A stretch of 14,926 nucleotides of DNA from Oculatellaceae cyanobacterium bins.114 (GTDB lineage: Bacteria > Cyanobacteriota > Cyanobacteriia > Elainellales > Elainellaceae): positions 1 to 14,926 of the forward strand of contig JANRJA010000173.1 in assembly GCA_033764315.1 (NCBI GenBank), given 5' to 3'. Numbering within the stretch: the first letter of the stretch is position 1; each line of letters starts with the position of its first letter. The notes below the pieces were generated by a model. It saw only the letters and a list, made by a program, of their open reading frames with translations, made no database searches and was not told the DNA's origin. This document shows, piece by piece, positions 8,242 to 14,926 of the stretch. The position numbers and the translations under genes were made by a program.

Positions 8242-9078
8242 CTACCCTATCCCCTGGCGGAGTTGAGCCTTGGCATATTGCCACAACTGCTCTAATTCGT
8301 CGAGGGAATAGGTGGACAGTGGACGATCTGCCACAGCTTCGACCCGGGCAAGGCGATCGACAAATCGCTGATTAGTGCTCTGCAACGCCTCAGCAGGATC
8401 AAGATCGTACCACCGGGCGATGTTAATCAAGGTAAACAGCACATCCCCCAGTTCAGCTTGCTGTTGTTCCTTCGTTTCGTGCGCCAAAGCCTGCCGAAAT
8501 TCCTCCAGTTCTTCCTGAAACTTTGCCCATACCCCATCCACATCTTCCCATTCAAACCCTGCCGCCGCCGCCTTTTTAGAAATTTTCATACCTGCCATGA
8601 TAGGCGGCAAACTGCGGGCATAACGACTCAAACGTGGTACCAGGCTTGCTTCTGAAGGGGTTGCCTGATCGGGGTTGGCTTGCTCTTCAGCCGCCTTGAT
8701 CTTCTCCCAATTTTGGTGAACTTCGTCTGCGGTTTGCACCTGCACATCCCCAAACACATGGGGATGGCGACGAATCAATTTTTCAGTAATGCCTGTGGCG
8801 ACATCTGCCAGATTAAAATCCTGAGCTTCACTGGCAATTTGCGACTGCAAAACCACTTGCAAGAGCAGATCTCCTAACTCATCTGCGATCGCCGTTGAGT
8901 TGCCCTGACGAATTGCATCGACGACTTCGTATGCCTCTTCAATCACATAGGGGATCAAGGTTTGTGGCGTTTGCGCCAGATCCCAGGGACATCCACCCTC
9001 AGGCGATCGCAACTGAGCGACAACATCAATCAACCGTTGAAGTGCGTCTATTTGGGCATTTTGATCAGCATTTGACAT
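8242..9078 (-). CDS. mazG: Nucleoside triphosphate pyrophosphohydrolase MazG (tandem domain)
   Basis: [39 protein letters not shown] and second-domain ELGDVLF motifs. Confidence 0.97.
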   Translation of the reverse strand: MSNADQNAQIDALQRLIDVVAQLRSPEGGCPWDLAQTPQTLIPYVIEEAYEVVDAIRQGNSTAIADELGDLLLQVVLQSQIASEAQDFNLADVATGITEKLIRRHPHVFGDVQVQTADEVHQNWEKIKAAEEQANPDQATPSEASLVPRLSRYARSLPPIMAGMKISKKAAAAGFEWEDVDGVWAKFQEELEEFRQALAHETKEQQQAELGDVLFTLINIARWYDLDPAEALQSTNQRFVDRLARVEAVADRPLSTYSLDELEQLWQYAKAQLRQGIG

Positions 9079-9395
9079 GAGATTTAAGCCAGAAAAGATT
9101 TAGGAGACACCATCAGCAGTGTAGTCATCTTGTCTCATCTTGCCAATTGAAAATCTGGATGGCGATCGCACTTGATGCATTCAATCATCGTTCACACTCA
9201 AAAAAAGAAGGATAAGAGCTGTGGCAACTGTCAAGCCAATTGATGTAACGGGTGATGTAAGGAGGTGTAGGGGATTTCGTCCTAACTACACTTCAGTGGC
9301 TATCAAAGCTGAGGCATAAAGCATGAAAGATCACGGCTCAGTCCTTAAAACTCAGCCCTTAACCTACAAATTCAAAACTCCTTGCGCCATTCCTG

Positions 9396-10013
9396 ATGCT
9401 GTTGACCTCCCCCCAACCTAACCCTCACCAGCGATCGCACCCCCAGTTTCTAGGGCAGTGGATCGCCGCAACAGCTTTGGCTGGGGCAATTGTCGGTGCT
9501 CTAGAAGCAGGTGGGTTTCAATTTTTAGCCACCATATTTCTATCGGGGTTTGTTGTGGGTATGGGTCAGTGGTTCATTTTACGACGACTCATCCCCAAAG
9601 CCAGTCGGTGGATTATCGCCAGCAGTGTGGGCTGGATTTTGGGCACCTATACTCAGGTAGAACTCGGTCAGGTTTTTGATCCCCTCATTCGTGCCCTTAC
9701 CGAATTAGGAGGGTGGGAGGTGTTGTGGCTGAACGTGATCAATCTAGCGGTGACGGCTACTCTGTTTGGCTTAGCCCAGTGGTTGGTGTTGCGCTTATTG
9801 ATTGCCCAGGCTCACCGCTGGATCATCACGAGTTGCCTAGCAGGGGCGATCGCTGGAGCCGTCGGTGCCAGTGTTTGTTTTTTCGCCTGTCAACCGATCA
9901 CCTTTGCAGCGGGGGGAGTAATCACCGGGGCGATCGTCAACGGACTAGCTTGGGGTGCTTATGGCACTCTCACCGGATTGCTCTTAGAGCGACTGTTGAG
10001 ACCAAACTTGTAG
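9396..10013 (+). CDS. Hypothetical Gly/Trp-rich integral membrane protein
   Basis: About six hydrophobic segments, with an internal repeat G-x-x-QW-x-x-LR-x-LI-x-x-A-x-RWII occurring twice. Confidence 0.8.
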   Translation: MLLTSPQPNPHQRSHPQFLGQWIAATALAGAIVGALEAGGFQFLATIFLSGFVVGMGQWFILRRLIPKASRWIIASSVGWILGTYTQVELGQVFDPLIRALTELGGWEVLWLNVINLAVTATLFGLAQWLVLRLLIAQAHRWIITSCLAGAIAGAVGASVCFFACQPITFAAGGVITGAIVNGLAWGAYGTLTGLLLERLLRPNL

Positions 10014-10020
10014 GAAAACC

Positions 10021-10113
10021 TTTAGCAATTCCAAATGGGTTGTAAGAAGCGCACCCCAACGAGATGAGCTTCTTACAACTCCCTAATCTCACAAATGATT
10101 TAGGACTGATATA
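10021..10113. repeat. Degenerate MITE-like element with internal hairpin
   Basis: Outer inverted repeats 10021-10047 / 10087-10113 (18 of 27 match). Perfect 12-bp stem GTTGTAAGAAGC (10039-10050) / GCTTCTTACAAC (10068-10079). Begins 7 bp after the upstream stop codon. Confidence 0.65.
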
Positions 10114-10610
10114 TAAATTCTCTTTCAGTTAAATCAATTTGATTCGTAATGTCTTTTTAAATAACTTAATAAGTTAGTTTCGGAATTCTTCATGAATTGA
10201 CGATAAGATCTAATTATTGGATGGAAAATAAAATTAACATTGGTTTTATAAACCTAAACTTATTTTAATTGCCATTCTCTATCAAAGGTTACATTTTTTG
10301 TAAGGATAATCCCTACAATCTATCAATTCAGACAAACACTCATCCTGTGAGATGTTAGCTCGAAAACCCTTCATGAATCGCTTGTCAACAGCTAAGATAA
10401 ACCATTTGTTTTATTGAGTTGAATTGTAGTTAATCAATCATCCTTTCCATTTATTCAACCGATTTTCCAGTTAATTCATCTCATCTGAAATCTCAATATA
10501 AATCTATTGTTCTCAACACATAAGCTCAAAGAACGGTTGAACTAACACTGGATTAAAACAATGGCAATTGCAGAGAGTTTCTGCTTACTTCGTGAAAGAG
10601 GTTCTGAACA

Positions 10611-10811
10611 TTGATAAACCTAAACTTTAAACAACATCAATTGGTCCATCAATGGCAGGTGGGCGATCGCCTTGAAGGGCCTGAACCCGATGATCAAGGA
10701 ATCATTTCAGCCATTAATGGCAGTCAACTCGTAATTCAATGTGGCGAAGGAATTACTATTTATGGTCGGCAGAAAACCCTGGAGAAAATGAATTGGCGGT
10801 TAGTCCATTAG
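10611..10811 (+). CDS. Small hypothetical protein (66 aa), possible SH3/KOW-like beta barrel
   Basis: TTG start preceded by AAGAGG. 'WQVGDRL...GIISAING..LVIQ' pattern. Contains a HIP1 site and does not overlap any credible gene. Confidence 0.5.
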   Translation: MINLNFKQHQLVHQWQVGDRLEGPEPDDQGIISAINGSQLVIQCGEGITIYGRQKTLEKMNWRLVH

Positions 10812-10842
10812 TTATCTATATTGTTGAGCCGTCCTTGTTCTC

Positions 10843-11014
10843 TCGCCGCAAAATAAATTTCGGAGCTAATCACAGAAGTCTATTGAAATGGGCTGAAACT
10901 CGCTCGCACATCAAAGCGGACTAATCCACAAGATCCACTCAAGTGGACTGAAATTTACTCTTAGTCTGCTTGAGCAGGCTTCATACCTTAGCCCACAACT
11001 TTAGTCGCAGGCAG
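10843..11014. repeat. Degenerate REP-like multi-hairpin intergenic repeat
   Basis: Hairpins at 10877-10894, 10934-10947, 10963-10980 and 10991-11012, several of AGTC...G(A/G)CT type. GCTAA and TTAGC arms face each other in inverted orientation. Confidence 0.6.
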
Positions 11015-11252
11015 AATAGAGCGAAGGCAAAGTCTGTCTTGACACAAAAATCTGGACATAACCCCCCAGAAATTTCATACAGCAAGCCTATTTGAATCGT
11101 GAACCAACAAGAGGCTTAAGCCCCTTTATAGAGGTGTCATTTCACAACTGGTTCAGGGTGGCTACGGACGAAATTTCTACCTTTAGAGTGTCTGGTGATG
11201 ATTCAGCCGATCTCTATCATGAGAATGTTCTAAAGGTTGACTGAGAGACGTC

Positions 11253-12461
11253 ATGACAAACTGGATCTGGACTGTCTCAAATCTGATGAGCCGTTTCAAT
11301 GCTGAGCTAGATCAGATCAAGCAGAAAGTTGCAGAAAAGTTGGGTACTGAAGATCCCATTAGCATTCTGCCCTATTACGGCTATGGCACCTCAAAGTGGT
11401 TGCGTTTGAAGGGGCGTGTGCTTCAAGACCAGGGGATTAAGCGGCGGGAAGAGGACGCACCCCTCTGGCAAAATGTTCGCAATATGTATCGACGCTTTGA
11501 GTCTGATGAGGTGCCTCATGCCAGGTTGAGAGTAACCTATGGCGACCTACAACAAGAGGTGACTACGAATCAAGAAGGATTTTTTGAAGTCGAAATATCG
11601 CTGGCATCTTCACTCAAGGGCAACGTGAAGCAGTCCCCGCTCAATCGGGATCGCTCTAGTCAAGACGTTGCCGATCCCGATGCTTCCAACCCTCATTGGG
11701 AAACGATTCATTTAGAGCTATTAGAACCTACTCCCACACAGCCTCAACCCTATTGCCAACCCGTTTGTGCAGATGGGGGCGTGTTTATTGTGACTGATCG
11801 TGCCCGATTTGGAGTGATTAGCGATATCGATGACACGATCGTGCCAACGGCTGCAACGAATCTCATAAAAATGATCCGTCTTGCTTATTTGGGCAATGAG
11901 CACACTCGCAGCGCATTTCCAGGAATTCCAGCTTTCTATCAAGCTCTGCAAGCAGGACACGATGAGGATGAGGGCAATCCGATCTTTTATCTCTCTAGCA
12001 GTGCCTGGAATATGTATGACTTGTTTAGCAAGTTTATAGCCTTAAATGATCTGCCTGCTGGCCCCATCCTTTTGTGTGACGCAGAGTTGTCGCTGGCGAA
12101 TTTAGTGTCTTTTGAGCATGAAACTCACAAAATTGAGCAAATGACGCCGCTTTTTGAGCGATTTCCTCATCTGCCTTGGATCTTGATTGGCGATACTGGA
12201 CAAAAAGATGCTGAAATCTATAGCCAAATGGTGCACCGCTATCCAGGGCGAATTTTAGCTATTTATCTACATGACGTCACACCTGACCAAAGCGATCGCC
12301 AACGTGAACTGGAGGCGATCGCCAAAACCGTGCGGCAGGCAGGCAGTGAATGGGTCTTATTTTCTGATACAGTAACGGCGGCAACCCATGCGGCAAAACA
12401 AGGCTGGATCTTGCCATCCACCCTGTCCAATGTTTCATCCCCCTCATCCCAGGAGCGTTGA
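11253..12461 (+). CDS. App1-family (DUF2183) phosphatidate phosphatase-like protein
   Basis: GVISDIDDT, FYLSSSAWNMYD, LPAGPILL, ILIGDTGQKDAEIY and YPGRILAIY motifs. Confidence 0.9.
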   Translation: MTNWIWTVSNLMSRFNAELDQIKQKVAEKLGTEDPISILPYYGYGTSKWLRLKGRVLQDQGIKRREEDAPLWQNVRNMYRRFESDEVPHARLRVTYGDLQQEVTTNQEGFFEVEISLASSLKGNVKQSPLNRDRSSQDVADPDASNPHWETIHLELLEPTPTQPQPYCQPVCADGGVFIVTDRARFGVISDIDDTIVPTAATNLIKMIRLAYLGNEHTRSAFPGIPAFYQALQAGHDEDEGNPIFYLSSSAWNMYDLFSKFIALNDLPAGPILLCDAELSLANLVSFEHETHKIEQMTPLFERFPHLPWILIGDTGQKDAEIYSQMVHRYPGRILAIYLHDVTPDQSDRQRELEAIAKTVRQAGSEWVLFSDTVTAATHAAKQGWILPSTLSNVSSPSSQER

Positions 12462-13408
12462 TGTCGCACCCCGACCTATCCTCAGCAACCCCCTTGAGAA
12501 TCGTCTCTTTGTTGCCCAGCGCAACTGAGATTTTAGCCGCTCTAAACCTAACCTCATTCATCGTAGGGCGCAGTCATGAGTGCGATTATCCTCCTGAAAT
12601 CAGCGATCGCCCCATTTGCACTTCGGCTCGGCTTAGCCCCAACAAACCCAGTGCTGATATTGATGCAGATGTCAAAACTCTATTGCAGTCAGCCTTAAGT
12701 ATCTACGAGATTCAGCTAGAGGTGTTGCGAGATCTTCAGCCCACCCACATCGTTACGCAAGATCAATGTGATGTCTGTGCAGTCAACTTTTCTTTAGTTG
12801 AGGCAGCCGTCGCGACTCTCAGTGAGCCTCGCCCCAAAGTGATTTCGCTGCAACCTCACACCTTAAATGATGTCTGGGCAGATATTGAGCGAGTCGCGAC
12901 TGAGTTGCAGGTAGACGCCACTCCTGTCATCACTGCTCTCAACACACGCGTTGAAAGCTGTCAGAAAACTACTCACGCTGGCTCAAATCGTCCCACAGTT
13001 GCGGCAATCGAGTGGATTGACCCACTCATGGGCAGTGGTAACTGGATCCCGGAATTGATGGAATTAGCCGGAGGTAAAGACCTGTTTGGCACGGTTGGTT
13101 CTCATTCGCCCTATATCTCCTGGGATGCTTTGTTAGCGGCTGACCCCGATGTGATTGTGGTGATGCCCTGTGGCTTTGATCTGGCACGCACCCATCAAGA
13201 GATGCAACAGGCGGTTGCCGCCCATCCCCAGTGGCAGCAGTTGCGGGCTGTACAACAGCAACAGCTTTATCTCACCGATGGCAATGCCTACTTTAATCGG
13301 CCTGGTCCTCGCTTGGTCGAGTCTCTAGAGATCCTGGCAGAAATTCTGCATCCTGATTTATTGCAACCTAACCACAAGGGCAATGGATGGCAGTTGTTTG
13401 TCGGATAA
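12461..13408 (+). CDS. BtuF/TroA-like substrate-binding-fold protein (the family usually annotated cobalamin-binding protein)
   Basis: RIVSLLPSATEI, GRSHECDYP, TQDQCDVCAV, EWIDP, PCGF and YFNRPGPRL motifs. ATG 12461 overlaps the upstream stop (TGATG); TTG 12458 is an alternative start. Confidence 0.88.
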   Translation: MSHPDLSSATPLRIVSLLPSATEILAALNLTSFIVGRSHECDYPPEISDRPICTSARLSPNKPSADIDADVKTLLQSALSIYEIQLEVLRDLQPTHIVTQDQCDVCAVNFSLVEAAVATLSEPRPKVISLQPHTLNDVWADIERVATELQVDATPVITALNTRVESCQKTTHAGSNRPTVAAIEWIDPLMGSGNWIPELMELAGGKDLFGTVGSHSPYISWDALLAADPDVIVVMPCGFDLARTHQEMQQAVAAHPQWQQLRAVQQQQLYLTDGNAYFNRPGPRLVESLEILAEILHPDLLQPNHKGNGWQLFVG

Positions 13409-13441
13409 TGCAAAGCCTACCCCTTACCCCTCTAAAATCCT

Positions 13442-14236
13442 ATGCAACCTGCACCACCCTCCTCTAACGGCGATCGCCTCCGACCCATTCTCACTCTTGT
13501 GGCGATCGTGGGTACGTTGGGGGTGAATGTTTTCTCTAATATTGCACCGCTTAACGGACTCAACATTGGCGAAATTTCCAATACGCTGTTTGCTGATGTG
13601 AAAGTCACTCCTGCAAACTATGCCTTTGTCATTTGGGGATTGATTTATGTGGGGTTGATTGCTTTTGGCATTTATCAACTCAGACCAGAGCAACGACACA
13701 ATCTAACGTTGCAACGCATAAGTTACCTCCTGATGGCGGCTTGCATCGCTCAAATCATTTGGGTGTTTTTGTTTTTAGGACGGCAGTTTGTCTTGTCAGT
13801 GGTGGCAATGCTGGGGATTTTGGTTCCTCTGGCGATGATGTTTTTACTGTTAAAAAAAAGACACGATCGCTGTTCTCGGTTGGAAAAGTGGTTTGTGCAA
13901 ATCCCCATTAGTGTTTATTTCGGATGGATTACCGTGGCAACGGTCGTCAATGTTGCAACTGCGCTGTATAGCGTGGGTTGGCGGGGAGGTGGCATCTCAT
14001 CTGATGTGTGGACTGTGATTTTGTTGGGGGTGAGTGCTGCGATCGCTGGCGTTATTGCCATTCGCCATCAAGATTTGGCATATGTATTAGTGATTGTGTG
14101 GGCGTTTGTGGCGATCGCTGTGCGTCAGTGGGGCATCCCTTTCATTGCTATTCCTGCGATAGGCTTGGCGATCGGATTATTAGTCACCCTCTTGCTCAAA
14201 CGCCTCAGCCATCAACCGGCAAGCCCTGAAACTTAG
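13442..14236 (+). CDS. TspO/MBR-related tryptophan-rich sensory membrane protein
   Basis: TPANYAFVIWGLIY and PISVYFGWITVATVVN motifs; about eight hydrophobic segments. Confidence 0.8.
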   Translation: MQPAPPSSNGDRLRPILTLVAIVGTLGVNVFSNIAPLNGLNIGEISNTLFADVKVTPANYAFVIWGLIYVGLIAFGIYQLRPEQRHNLTLQRISYLLMAACIAQIIWVFLFLGRQFVLSVVAMLGILVPLAMMFLLLKKRHDRCSRLEKWFVQIPISVYFGWITVATVVNVATALYSVGWRGGGISSDVWTVILLGVSAAIAGVIAIRHQDLAYVLVIVWAFVAIAVRQWGIPFIAIPAIGLAIGLLVTLLLKRLSHQPASPET

Positions 14237-14390
14237 TTCTGTTGGTGCTCTTCTATTGGAGAGCTGATTAGGGCAATCCCGATTTAGCCTACAATAGATC
14301 TCTTGCAAATTAAATTTTTAGATTGAGATCTCACTTCAACGAGGAGTTTTAACCTTTCAATAATCGTGCTCACAGGGTTCTAAACTCTCG

Positions 14391-14420
14391 ATTAAAGTTG
14401 TACCAATTAAAGTTGTACCA
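14391..14420. repeat. Perfect 15-bp tandem duplication
   Basis: ATTAAAGTTGTACCA twice (14391-14405, 14406-14420), about 80 bp upstream of ATG 14500. Confidence 0.9.
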
Positions 14421-14499
14421 CAAGGTCAAATTAGTCAATCACACTACATCAGAGCACACGGTTATTAGCATCATTACGATGATCTGGGGACAAACGAGT

Positions 14500-14844
14500 A
14501 TGAATGTTGAAGAGATTTTGAGACACTATGTAGACGGAGAACGAAGCTTCCAAAAAATAAAACTACAGGAAGCCGATCTACACAATGCTCACCTTCATGG
14601 CATCAATTTAAATCAAGCCGATTTACGACAATCTCGGTTGGGCAAAACTGACTTTAGTCGAGCCAGTTTTCGTGAAGCCGACTTGAGCGAAGCCATTTTG
14701 TGGGGCACTGATTTGAGTGAAGCCGATCTCTATCGAGCTATCTTGCGAGAAGCCGATCTTAGTGGTGCCAAACTCAGTTATGCCAACTTAGAACCTATCC
14801 GAAAACCATTAAAGTTATGTAAGACTTGTAGTAGTTGCATCTGA
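14500..14844 (+). pseudogene. Pentapeptide-repeat protein, apparently interrupted by an IS near 14790
   Basis: MNVEEILRHYVDGERSF followed by A(D/N)Lxx repeats. The repeat register breaks abruptly after ..SYANLE into unrelated PIRKPLKLCKTCSSCI. Confidence 0.75.
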
Positions 14845-14926
14845 ACGTTTAGGAAATGACGGTCTTCACAGAAATCAACTCTACTTTTCTGCTTCCCGAT
14901 GAAGTTTGGGAACAGGTAAAAACAGC
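14790..14926 (+). mobile_element. Left end of an IS5-family insertion sequence (runs off the window edge)
   Basis: The junction TTA-GAACCTATCCGAAAACC coincides with loss of the pentapeptide register, and a transposase-like ORF starts at 14856. The boundary is uncertain by 1-2 bp. Confidence 0.7.
14856..14926 (+). CDS. IS5-family transposase, N-terminal fragment (partial)
   Basis: Manual translation gives MTVFTEINSTFLLPDEVWEQVKT(A), resembling the 'L-x-D-x-x-W-x-x-I/V' start of IS5-family (DUF4096-type) transposases. Confidence 0.65.
   Translation, partial: MTVFTEINSTFLLPDEVWEQVKT

Noticed and set aside
8242-9078. mazG as part of a toxin-antitoxin or anti-phage system
   Set aside because: It is the tandem-domain housekeeping type next to proA, with no mazEF or defence genes nearby.
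10739-10924. 61-aa ORF
   Set aside because: It overlaps the 66-aa ORF and runs through the hairpin repeat, so it is probably spurious.
10843-11014. CRISPR array or tRNA in the hairpin clusters (also 5604-5768)
   Set aside because: There are no identical regularly spaced repeats, no cas genes and no tRNA T-loop/acceptor consensus.
952-14229. Short alternative-frame and antisense ORFs in the track (e.g. 952-1215, 2087-2338, 6312-6761, 9713-10045, 12277-12561)
   Set aside because: They overlap well-supported genes and show no recognisable motifs.
14398-14499. N-terminal extension of the pentapeptide ORF from TTG 14398 (likewise the long starts given for proA and the 194-aa ORF)
   Set aside because: The extension crosses a tandem duplication, or overlaps the upstream gene in the other two cases; internal ATGs give more plausible N-termini.
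1-14926. Composite transposon bounded by the two terminal ISs
   Set aside because: The ends resemble different IS families and the interior contains core housekeeping genes.
1-14926. Frequent GCGATCGC as a novel repeat or array
   Set aside because: This is the known cyanobacterial HIP1 octamer, scattered mostly within coding sequence.

Overview
Cyanobacterial chromosomal segment; the HIP1 octamer GCGATCGC occurs roughly 30 times by eye. It carries housekeeping genes (mnmA; a mazG-proA-hypothetical-folB run) and several accessory genes: a SPOR-like protein, a PsiE-family protein, an App1-type phosphatase, a BtuF-like binding-fold protein, a TspO-like protein and membrane proteins. Both edges appear to be the left ends of insertion sequences not shown in the ORF track: IS66-like at the left, IS5-like at the right. 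Each seems to truncate a host gene. Four small non-coding hairpin/inverted-repeat elements sit between genes, one with a perfect 8-bp target-site duplication. The best candidate for an undescribed system is an apparent two-gene operon: an AhpD/CMD-fold protein lacking both catalytic cysteines (CxYC replaced by SNYA), followed by an orphan soluble GAF histidine kinase with a cysteine-rich GAF domain. All family calls come from motif recognition only; no searches were run.
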